A stretch of DNA of 20,000 bases from the IMG/VR virus record IMGVR_UViG_3300042934_000632; one strand, written 5' to 3'. The translations under genes were made by a program, and so were the position numbers. This document shows positions 5,609-12,861 of the stretch, piece after piece (the stretch's first letter is position 1; each line of letters starts with the position of its first letter). Source of the DNA: an uncultured virus (IMG/VR IMGVR_UViG_3300042934_000632) (taxonomy: Duplodnaviria > Heunggongvirae > Uroviricota > Caudoviricetes). Under the pieces are notes generated by a model. The model had not been told where the DNA came from, ran no database searches, and saw nothing but the letters and a program-made list of their open reading frames with translations.

Positions 5609-6829
5609 TTGACAACAGAAGTGAGACCTATGGGTGTTTCGTGTCCTTTAAAATGTGTTTATTGCTATCAAGAACCCCAGAGGGTTGCGGGAAATACTAA
5701 TGCAAAATATGATTTGGCGAAGATGATTCAGGAGATCTCAAAGACTCGAACAAAGAATATTAATTTCTTTGGTGGCGAGATCTTAATGATGCCTATAGAA
5801 GATCTAGAGGTACTGCTGGCTTACGCTCATGTTAAGTTCGGTGGATCAGGTGTTCAAACCAGCGGATCTATCATGAGAGATGAACATATTGAACTCTTCA
5901 AAAAGTACAATGTTCAGCTGGGCTTCTCCATTGACGGTCCTAACGAGCTAAACAGTCTCCGAGTTCCACGCAATCCAAAGACTCCTATTGAAAGTACAAC
6001 GGATAATACAATGAAATATATCAAGCTATCAAAAGAAGCTGGGCTTGATGTAGGCCTTATTATTACCCTTCATAGAGAAAACTCTACTCCAGAACGTATT
6101 CCACGGTTGTTTAATTTTATCAAGTGGTTATGGGATCTTGGTATTCGTAGCGGGAATATTCATACTCTAGAAATTGAATCTACAATGCCGAACCACGACT
6201 TTGTATTGACACAAGAAGAGAACATCTGGGCTTACACCCAACTTGCCGAGTTCTTTAAAACGCTTCCTGACCATGGATGGAATCCTTTCGCAGAGATTAA
6301 AGACTTACTGATGGGTAACGATCAAAAAACTCTTTGTTATTGGCACCGATGCGATCCATTGAATACTCAAGCTGTCCACGGAATCGAAGGTGACGGTGCA
6401 ATCTCTAACTGTGGACGAGCAAATAAAGAAGGAATTGACTGGGTCAAAGCTCCTGATAATTATTATGCAAGATACATCAGCTTCTATCATACGCCTCAAG
6501 ATATGGGTGGCTGTAATGGATGCCGCTTCTGGACAGTATGCGGAGGAAGTTGCCCAGGTGAATCCGATCAGGGGGATTTCAGAAATAAAACAACACATTG
6601 CTCTACTCAGAAAGCAATACTTTCCTATTATGAAAAAGAACTTATTGATGAAGGCAAGCTACCCATTACGACATCGCCTTTGCTTCCTCTTGTTGAACAG
6701 CTCGTTCTTAATGGTCTTGAAAGAGGAGAGAACTTATATCTTAATACTGTTATTTCAATGATTGAAGAGATGAGAACAGAAGTCATCCAACTGGAAGTCG
6801 TAGAGGAGGATATCAATGAAACTACTTGA
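5609..6829 (+). CDS. Radical SAM enzyme with C-terminal SPASM domain (peptide/protein maturase type)
   Basis: CxxxCxxC (CPLKCVYC), FFGGE and SIDGP motifs. The SPASM cysteines are CYWHRC, ISNC, CNGCRFWTVCGGSC and THC. TTG start behind GGGAGGAG. There is no N-terminal RRE/PqqD extension, since the SAM cluster motif starts at residue 12. Confidence 0.95.
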   Translation: MTTEVRPMGVSCPLKCVYCYQEPQRVAGNTNAKYDLAKMIQEISKTRTKNINFFGGEILMMPIEDLEVLLAYAHVKFGGSGVQTSGSIMRDEHIELFKKYNVQLGFSIDGPNELNSLRVPRNPKTPIESTTDNTMKYIKLSKEAGLDVGLIITLHRENSTPERIPRLFNFIKWLWDLGIRSGNIHTLEIESTMPNHDFVLTQEENIWAYTQLAEFFKTLPDHGWNPFAEIKDLLMGNDQKTLCYWHRCDPLNTQAVHGIEGDGAISNCGRANKEGIDWVKAPDNYYARYISFYHTPQDMGGCNGCRFWTVCGGSCPGESDQGDFRNKTTHCSTQKAILSYYEKELIDEGKLPITTSPLLPLVEQLVLNGLERGENLYLNTVISMIEEMRTEVIQLEVVEEDINETT

Positions 6830-7760
6830 TTTTAGTATGCCACCATTTGCAAGAACGGTTTGGGCCTCTCAAGAAATAGAGAAGGAGTGGCGTCCCAAAC
6901 TGGCTTTAGCCTCTCAAGCTTATGAGCGTTTAGAGTATGAAACGGTTGTTCATGGCCTTAGAGCCTGTACAACAGCACATTGTACTCCTGATGATATGGT
7001 TCGTCGGATTCAATTTTATGCAAAGAAAGGTCTTATGTATCATCCCTTACAGCAAGTAGGTGCTTATACAGGGTTCGCTCATACACACCCTCCAGTTATT
7101 CCAGGAAAACCTTGGACCTGGTTCGGTGTTGTAGCTAAAGACCCTCTTGATGCTTACACCTTTGCTGAGGCATCTGCATTGACAGAAGATTCCGCGGGTA
7201 AGGAAATAGATCACTCAACGATTGGCACTCTTCTTGGATACCCTGAATGCTGCCGAAAGTTCTTCACAGATGTATGGGCCGCGGGATATGTTGATCCTGT
7301 ATGGCAACAAGCAGAAAACTGTGAAGGTGAATACGTAGTGAAGAAAGAAGAGCATCTTATTCAGCTAAGCAAGGAGACTCCATGGGAGACTTCACCACTA
7401 CTGAGATACATTGGAGTACGTATCATGCCTCACATTCCATGCTCTCATGATTGTAAACCTTCTCTGGTTATCGCAAGAAGTTGGTTGGATCTTGGTAGAG
7501 AGTTGGCCATACCAGGCATGGAAGAGCTTGAGCAATTTCTTCGGATGCCAGTAGAATGGGATTGCTTGAAGGGGATAGCCTATGTGTCTACTCCAATCTT
7601 CAAGATTGAAACGAATTCCATGACATGTTATCCACGGCATGTTGTTCAAAAGGAAGGAACATTTAGACCAAAGAGTGGAGCAAAAGGACTGAAGTTTCCT
7701 TTTATTCCGCTAGGATCTGATAAGTTTGCTCACCTCTTTGGAGGAGGAAGCGGGTGCTAA
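6816..7760 (+). CDS. Cys/His-rich protein with DUF483-like motifs, probable partner of the radical SAM enzyme
   Basis: Motifs IGTLLGYPECCRKFF and PHIPCSHDC resemble the conserved DUF483 segments LGYPxCC and PCSxxC (recalled, not searched). It overlaps the rSAM gene by 14 nt and has a GAGGAGG RBS. Confidence 0.7.
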   Translation: MKLLDFSMPPFARTVWASQEIEKEWRPKLALASQAYERLEYETVVHGLRACTTAHCTPDDMVRRIQFYAKKGLMYHPLQQVGAYTGFAHTHPPVIPGKPWTWFGVVAKDPLDAYTFAEASALTEDSAGKEIDHSTIGTLLGYPECCRKFFTDVWAAGYVDPVWQQAENCEGEYVVKKEEHLIQLSKETPWETSPLLRYIGVRIMPHIPCSHDCKPSLVIARSWLDLGRELAIPGMEELEQFLRMPVEWDCLKGIAYVSTPIFKIETNSMTCYPRHVVQKEGTFRPKSGAKGLKFPFIPLGSDKFAHLFGGGSGC

Positions 7761-7763
7761 TTC

Positions 7764-8009
7764 ATGTTTAAACAACGTTTATGGGATTGCCTTTTGGCAG
7801 TCCTTTCTTTTATTGTAGCAATAGTATTAATCATTGGTATAGCTTTTCTAGCTGTTTTCTTGTCAGACATCTATTGGTTTAAGATACTTGTAAGTACTGT
7901 TGTTATTCTTATCTTGTCCTTCGTTGTTATTATCGCTCTTTCACTGTTTGTTAACTGGCTGTTTATTGAACCATACAAACATTGGAAAGAAGAAAATAAA
8001 AACAGATAG
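7764..8009 (+). CDS. Small membrane protein with two predicted TM helices
   Basis: Two long hydrophobic stretches (about residues 9-33 and 41-67) and a charged C-terminal tail. GGAGGAGG RBS, 3 nt after the previous stop. Confidence 0.75.
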   Translation: MFKQRLWDCLLAVLSFIVAIVLIIGIAFLAVFLSDIYWFKILVSTVVILILSFVVIIALSLFVNWLFIEPYKHWKEENKNR

Positions 8010-8023
8010 ATCAAAGATGATCC

Positions 8024-8052
8024 TTGCCAAAATTTGTATTCTGTATTAAAAT
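8024..8052 (+). promoter_or_regulatory. Sigma-A-type promoter
   Basis: TTGCCA (8024-8029), 17 nt, TAAAAT (8047-8052). Confidence 0.7.
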
Positions 8053-8116
8053 GGTAATTATTACAGGACCTATAAGTTTCGTAGTTCCTAGTGATTAAAT
8101 TCACTAAGATGAAGGG

Positions 8117-8446
8117 ATGTTGATGAGATTGAGTTCGCAAAATGTAAGTAATGCTTTTATGACGTTCATGAAAGAGGCTCCTAAACAATACGAAGCTTGG
8201 CAAGAAATGATTATGAAACTTGACGTAGCAAGCGCACTTGTCAATAAGACAGAGGAGCTTGCCTATATTTCAGTTCTTGCCGCTGTTAGACTAGAAAGCG
8301 GTTTGGAGTTCCATGTAAAACAAGCAAAATCTTTTGGAGCTACGCGGGATGAAATCATTAGTGCAATTCTATTACCACTTCCCGCTGTTGGTAATGTAGC
8401 CATTCAATCTCTACCAATCGCATTACAAGCTTACGATGTGTCATAA
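8117..8446 (+). CDS. Carboxymuconolactone decarboxylase (CMD/AhpD-like) family protein lacking CxxC
   Basis: KTEELAYISVLAAVRLESGLEFHVKQAKSFGATRDEIISAIL matches the CMD family pattern (L..k..ELi.ia......l..H...A...GaT.eEI). The true start may be ATG 8123. Confidence 0.85.
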   Translation: MLMRLSSQNVSNAFMTFMKEAPKQYEAWQEMIMKLDVASALVNKTEELAYISVLAAVRLESGLEFHVKQAKSFGATRDEIISAILLPLPAVGNVAIQSLPIALQAYDVS

Positions 8447-8476
8447 TCTTCAAAATTATACAGAAGAAAAACAGGG

Positions 8477-8505
8477 TTTACTATATAGGCTCTAAAGGTT
8501 ATAGT
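8477..8505 (+). promoter_or_regulatory. Sigma-A-type promoter candidate
   Basis: TTTACT (8477-8482), 17 nt, TATAGT (8500-8505), upstream of the gene at 8552. Confidence 0.55.
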
Positions 8506-8551
8506 GCTTGTGTTCAATCAGTTTGCACTATTTACATAAGGAGGATGTACA

Positions 8552-8908
8552 GTGAAACTTGTATTTACCAAGACACTACTGAACAACATCTACACAGTTA
8601 ATTTGGCTGTCGAAGAAGTTGAGGACACCGACACTGCTCTGTTCGCAGATTTCGGCGAACCTTCCATCAACATCGGTGGAGAGATCAAGTCAGGCGCTAC
8701 CACACTAGCGACATTGCCTGCGAACTTCCGTAAGGTTGTATCTCAGATGCCTGTCGTCATGCGGTTTGCTGACAAGGATTATTCCAACAATGCCAAAGCC
8801 GTAGCTGAAGCATGGGTGTTGACCGTCGAAGGTCGCATCAACACAGAGATGACAACTATCCGCGCAAAGACTGATGACTTTAGCGGTCCTGAGGAATTCA
8901 TCATCTAA
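8552..8908 (+). CDS. Hypothetical acidic protein (118 aa), apparently monocistronic
   Basis: AAGGAGG RBS, GTG start, own promoter candidate and downstream terminator. Confidence 0.8.
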   Translation: MKLVFTKTLLNNIYTVNLAVEEVEDTDTALFADFGEPSINIGGEIKSGATTLATLPANFRKVVSQMPVVMRFADKDYSNNAKAVAEAWVLTVEGRINTEMTTIRAKTDDFSGPEEFII

Positions 8909-8921
8909 TATCTACTTGCGC

Positions 8922-8948
8922 AAAGAGGGGCCGAAAGGCCTCTTTTTT
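8922..8948 (+). terminator. Intrinsic terminator with GAAA tetraloop
   Basis: AAAGAGGGGCC-GAAA-GGCCTCTTTTTT. Confidence 0.88.
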
Positions 8949-8953
8949 ATCTC

Positions 8954-8982
8954 TTGATTTTACCTACCATGATTTGTATAAT
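8954..8982 (+). promoter_or_regulatory. Sigma-A-type promoter followed by a 5' leader hairpin
   Basis: TTGATT (8954-8959), 17 nt, TATAAT (8977-8982). A 9-bp hairpin GGGTTTCGT/ACGAGACCC lies at 8994-9016. Confidence 0.75.
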
Positions 8983-9067
8983 TAAATCTAGTAGGGTTTC
9001 GTGGATTACGAGACCCATTGTTGCTATCGTTTAGTTTCAATAGGTTAATATGGTCGGGGGGATCATC

Positions 9068-9397
9068 GTGAAGAAAAAACTAGAAAAAGCTTGGACACTG
9101 GAACCAGGACAAAGGTACCTACTGGACAAGAAGCTTGAGCGGATTATTGATACGTACCATTCAGAAAACCAAGGAAAAAATATTCTGATCTCCAACCAGC
9201 ATGAAGACGGCATTTATTTTATGATTCTAAATTCAGATGGTACGGTTATCGATGCAGATGTCGCCCTATTATTTCAGGACGACTATTCTTTTTTACAGAA
9301 GGAAAAAGCGCTTACCTTAACCCAGTCGTACATGAGGTACATGAGGTTGCTGGGCGAAGCAATTAACCAGCTTGAAGAAGAGAGTGACCAGCCATGA
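9068..9397 (+). CDS. Hypothetical protein (~109 aa)
   Basis: Likely GTG start at 9068 behind a G-rich RBS (track start 9050). The stop overlaps the start of the next gene (ATGA). Confidence 0.7.
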   Translation: MKKKLEKAWTLEPGQRYLLDKKLERIIDTYHSENQGKNILISNQHEDGIYFMILNSDGTVIDADVALLFQDDYSFLQKEKALTLTQSYMRYMRLLGEAINQLEEESDQP

Positions 9398-10101
9398 AAC
9401 AGCTGGTTGCTATCTCTGGCAAGATCGCCTCGGGAAAGACCACAGTGTCGGATTATTTTGTACGGGAGTATGAATACCAACGGGTATCCTTTTCTTCTCC
9501 ATTTAAGTGGATCGTCGAGCACTGGTATAAAACTCAATACAATACAATGTTTGCAGATGAAAGAGGGTATTACACTGGTCTTTTTGAAAAAATGGATCTT
9601 CAAATTCATTTGAGTCAAGTGTGTGATTCTCCTGTCTCTGCAAATAAAGCTTACAATATTTTAATGTACGAGATTTTTCCCAGCACTCCTGATATAGATT
9701 GGGAAGTGGAAAAGAATCTTGAATGGAGACAACTTCTTCAGCGGGTTGGGAATACGTTAAGAGATCAAGTCGATCCAGACATATGGGTAAAAGCTTTAGT
9801 TCGTAGTCTTTCACCTGGTAATCTTTACATCTGCGATGATGTACGATATCCTAATGAATATTTTGGACTAGAAGAAGCTGGATTTGTGAACATTAGACTA
9901 GACATCTCTCCTGAAGAACAGGCTCGGAGAATTAAAAGGAAATACGGTGAGCTGCCCCGCGAACGACTGGAGCATATCTCAGAAGTCGCACTAGACAATC
10001 ATCCTTTTCCTTATCGCGTTAATGCAGACATGCCTCTAGCTGATGTTATTAACGAGGTGAGTATTATAACGCAAATGGGGGATATGGATGACAGTTATTG
10101 A
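9394..10101 (+). CDS. Deoxynucleoside monophosphate kinase (phage dNMP kinase family)
   Basis: P-loop ISGKIASGKTT, then RQLLQRVGNTLRDQVDPDIWVK, ICDDVRYPNE and HISE, all hallmarks of T4 gp1-like dNMP kinases. Confidence 0.9.
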   Translation: MKQLVAISGKIASGKTTVSDYFVREYEYQRVSFSSPFKWIVEHWYKTQYNTMFADERGYYTGLFEKMDLQIHLSQVCDSPVSANKAYNILMYEIFPSTPDIDWEVEKNLEWRQLLQRVGNTLRDQVDPDIWVKALVRSLSPGNLYICDDVRYPNEYFGLEEAGFVNIRLDISPEEQARRIKRKYGELPRERLEHISEVALDNHPFPYRVNADMPLADVINEVSIITQMGDMDDSY

Positions 10102-10546
10102 GCTTTCTGATGATCAGTGGAACATAAGAAAGAGGGAATACAAAGCAAGAATCTCTTCTATCATTATTCCACTGGACATTAACACAGGAGTTGCGCTGGG
10201 TTTGCTCTCACGGATCGACAGTTTCTTCTCTGAAGTCCGAGTTGAATTTGGCGAAGTAGAAGAACAAAAGGAAATCATCGAAGGTATTATTTATGAATGG
10301 GAACGCACAAAGATTGAGGGTACGAACGATATGATCCGCAAGAAAAGCGCTTCAGTTGCCATTCAGAATTACGAGATGGCAGGGGAGCTGATCAACCTCT
10401 ATGAGGTCCAGAGACAGGTCCGAAGTCGCCAGGCATATCTGAAGGGAGTACTCAGCTCTCTTGAAGGAAAACAGTCTCGATTGATCACCATTCTTGGCTT
10501 GTTGAAGATCGAAAATAATTTAACTCCTTTCTCAAAAAATGATTGA
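10088..10546 (+). CDS. All-helical protein (152 aa), possibly a UvsY-like recombination mediator
   Basis: Overlaps the kinase. It has long amphipathic helices and a C-terminal 'YLKGVLSSLEGKQSRLITILGLLKIE' reminiscent of UvsY-like proteins. The CDS is well supported; the function is weak inference. Confidence 0.6.
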   Translation: MTVIELSDDQWNIRKREYKARISSIIIPLDINTGVALGLLSRIDSFFSEVRVEFGEVEEQKEIIEGIIYEWERTKIEGTNDMIRKKSASVAIQNYEMAGELINLYEVQRQVRSRQAYLKGVLSSLEGKQSRLITILGLLKIENNLTPFSKND

Positions 10547-10553
10547 TTTTATG

Positions 10554-10583
10554 AGGACAAGCGTTCTCTGGTTATGCTATAAT
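10554..10583 (+). promoter_or_regulatory. Extended -10 promoter
   Basis: TG-C-TATAAT at 10575-10583 with a weak -35 (AGGACA), followed by an AAGGAG RBS. Confidence 0.65.
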
Positions 10584-10603
10584 TACCAACAAGGAGTCTT
10601 TCT

Positions 10604-11239
10604 ATGGAATACAAATGTAATGTAGAGATGCACAAAGTGTGTACAAATAGCGCTATATGTCATCTCTGTGACGGCGAGCGATTATTCAAAGACCCTGTTG
10701 CTGAACGTAAAGCAAAAGAAGAAGCTAAGATTCAGCGACAGGTGGAAAAAAGAAACGCTCCACATAAGGTACATTCCCGAGAGAAGAAAGAAGGTATGGG
10801 GTTTGAGAAACAGGTTGCTAAAAAGTGGAACAGCGCCTTTAGTCAGCAAAGAAAACCCATAACTGATAAGCCGCGTTTCCAGGTCGAAAGCGATGAAGCC
10901 CAACGACAGCCAAACTCAGGTGCAACCTGGAGAGCAAAGGGCGATATCAAACTTTACCATGCACTGATGGAATGCAAACAACGAGGAACACTCTCCAGCA
11001 AAGGGGAGAAACAAATTGCAATCATGAAGGACTGGCTAGACAAGCTGGAGATTGAAGCCTTTCAAGAGAATCGGGAATTCTGGTATCTACCTTTTGGTTT
11101 TAAAGGTAGCGATGACATCTACCTTGTCAAACCCTATGAGCATGAAATCCAGATGGTCTTGGAGCTTCGTCAAGCTAGAGAACGTATCGAAGAATTGGAA
11201 TCCCGAGTAGGAGGTGAAAATAATGGGAGTAATAACTGA
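10604..11239 (+). CDS. PD-(D/E)XK nuclease, Holliday junction resolvase-like, with an N-terminal Cys cluster
   Basis: GMGFEKQVAK, QPNSGA, KGDI and LMECK match the Hjc-like phage resolvase pattern. The N-terminus has C-x7-C-x5-C-x2-C. Confidence 0.8.
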   Translation: MEYKCNVEMHKVCTNSAICHLCDGERLFKDPVAERKAKEEAKIQRQVEKRNAPHKVHSREKKEGMGFEKQVAKKWNSAFSQQRKPITDKPRFQVESDEAQRQPNSGATWRAKGDIKLYHALMECKQRGTLSSKGEKQIAIMKDWLDKLEIEAFQENREFWYLPFGFKGSDDIYLVKPYEHEIQMVLELRQARERIEELESRVGGENNGSNN

Positions 11240-11402
11240 AGATTTCCATCGTTGTACTGAATGTGGTAATCCATATTTCGTTATAAACGAAGTAGTTCTC
11301 ATTAGTAAGGAATCTACCTATAGTGATCCTAAGGTCATTAAAAGAGTTTCCGAATATAAATGTAGCCAATGCGGAGCTGTCGAATACAAAGCACGAGAAT
11401 AG
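11223..11402 (+). CDS. Small zinc-ribbon protein (59 aa)
   Basis: CTECG and CSQCG knuckles. ATG 11223 follows a GGAGGTG RBS. Confidence 0.8.
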   Translation: MGVITEDFHRCTECGNPYFVINEVVLISKESTYSDPKVIKRVSEYKCSQCGAVEYKARE

Positions 11403-11418
11403 TTTAGGAGGCCACATA

Positions 11419-11886
11419 ATGTCAGACTTTTTACGTAACCCGCAGTTTCAACCTGACGAAGAAATGAAGAAATTCATTGAAGGACTCTTCGCTGAAGCAC
11501 CAAAGAAACCTTCTAAACCAAAAGGTAAGATTTCACCGCCAGCACCAGAGAGCATGCCGACTTTAGAACTATCTATGGACTATGACGACGATCTTCCTCA
11601 GTTCGATATGGATCTAGCAACAAAGTATGCCAAAGAAGAGATGGAGAGTATTCGTGTTATCTATCTTGAGTTCCAAGATAAAATATCGGATATGGCAATC
11701 TATCCTTATCTGTATCCAGGCATACAAGATCTGGGAGAGATTTGCAGAGACATGGACAGCATGATTGAAAACACCTTCGATACCGAAGAGCTCAGCTCTA
11801 TGGGCGAAGTTGACTATAAAAAAATGCTGAAGATTCGGGCTCGTATTCTAGCATCAGTATTTAACAAATACAAAGGTAAAAAATAG
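11419..11886 (+). CDS. Hypothetical acidic protein (~155 aa)
   Basis: AGGAGG RBS before ATG 11419. The track start 11323 overlaps the zinc-ribbon gene. Confidence 0.75.
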   Translation: MSDFLRNPQFQPDEEMKKFIEGLFAEAPKKPSKPKGKISPPAPESMPTLELSMDYDDDLPQFDMDLATKYAKEEMESIRVIYLEFQDKISDMAIYPYLYPGIQDLGEICRDMDSMIENTFDTEELSSMGEVDYKKMLKIRARILASVFNKYKGKK

Positions 11887-11897
11887 GGGGAATCGAA

Positions 11898-12215
11898 ATG
11901 AGTTCAGTCGTAGAAAGAGCAAAGTTGGTTCGGGCAAATGTCTTTGAGATCCTGTCTAAGTTTCCTGAAACAAGAGATAGTGATCGTCGGCTCCTCCTTC
12001 GGTATTGGAACCATGTTGACGGACTCCAATTCGATTTTACATTCCCTGAACAATTCGCAACTACTGGGACATCTGCTGAAAGTATTACCCGCGCCCGTAG
12101 GCAGATTCAGAAAGAAGGTCACTTCGTAGCTTCTCAAGAAGTTTTGGAGCGCCGAGAAGAAAGTCGTAGCGGAATGCGAGAATACTTTATCGGTTCTGAA
12201 GTATCCAGAGCTTAG
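11898..12215 (+). CDS. Hypothetical protein, paralog of 12221..12502
   Basis: Shared motifs PETRDS..LLLRYW...D and AESITRARR. GGGGG RBS. Confidence 0.8.
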   Translation: MSSVVERAKLVRANVFEILSKFPETRDSDRRLLLRYWNHVDGLQFDFTFPEQFATTGTSAESITRARRQIQKEGHFVASQEVLERREESRSGMREYFIGSEVSRA

Positions 12216-12220
12216 TCTTT

Positions 12221-12502
12221 ATGGCTGAGCAAGAGTTCAAAAGGGCAGATCAAAAAGCTGCCTACCTGATGGACGCAGCCCCGCAAACAAGACAGGACCA
12301 TTTGCTACTCATCCTAATGTACTGGCAGATATTCGACAATATTGATTTGCCTGACACAGTGGTAAAAGAAATTATAGAGAAAGCCACTGCACCCGAGACC
12401 ATTACACGTTCTAGGAGAAAGGTCACGGAAAAGTTAAGGTACAAACAATTGTTTGAACTTCAAAGGATGATAAGGGAACAGGTACAGGAAGAGGCTCCTT
12501 GA
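12221..12502 (+). CDS. Hypothetical protein, paralog of 11898..12215
   Basis: Shared motifs PQTRQD..LILMYW...D and PETITRSRR. Confidence 0.8.
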   Translation: MAEQEFKRADQKAAYLMDAAPQTRQDHLLLILMYWQIFDNIDLPDTVVKEIIEKATAPETITRSRRKVTEKLRYKQLFELQRMIREQVQEEAP

Positions 12503-12522
12503 AAAATTGAGGAGGACTTCTA

Positions 12523-12819
12523 TTGTCTAGTGAAAATAAATCTTACGATTATAACAACCAATCCCGCGGTCATAAAACCAAAGGGGCTTCCTACAAGGAG
12601 CGTTATGTGAATGACGTCGTTTGTCCAAATCCAATCTGCGGTCACAACAAGGCATACAAGGATACATGGACAACACGCATCGTGTACACCTGCATGAAGC
12701 GGGACTGCCGTACCAAATGGTATGTAGCATTGACACAGGAAGAAATTCAGGCTAACAATGCGGCCAAAGAACAAGCTGCTTTGCTCGAAAAAGAAAACAA
12801 TCAGGAGATGGAGGGCTAA
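12523..12819 (+). CDS. Zinc-finger-like hypothetical protein (98 aa)
   Basis: CPNPIC and CMKRDC cysteine pairs. GAGGAGG RBS with TTG start. Confidence 0.75.
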   Translation: MSSENKSYDYNNQSRGHKTKGASYKERYVNDVVCPNPICGHNKAYKDTWTTRIVYTCMKRDCRTKWYVALTQEEIQANNAAKEQAALLEKENNQEMEG

Positions 12820-12861
12820 GCCCCTCTGGGCCCTGCTCTTTCTCGACAAAGGAGAGTTCAT

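Noticed and set aside
5609..6829. Radical SAM as anaerobic sulfatase maturase, RNR activase (NrdG) or QueE for DNA modification
   Set aside because: No sulfatase, NrdD or que/dpd genes are nearby. The length and SPASM domain do not fit NrdG or QueE, and the adjacent Omega-X-D repeat protein is a better substrate candidate. Not formally excluded.
7764..8009. Holin
   Set aside because: The two-TM topology is compatible, but there is no adjacent endolysin or lysis module. It is left as a generic membrane protein.
12811..12845. GC-rich hairpin (GAGGGC-TAA-GCCCCTC region) as a terminator
   Set aside because: The stem is short or ambiguous with alternative pairings and no clean T tract directly after it.
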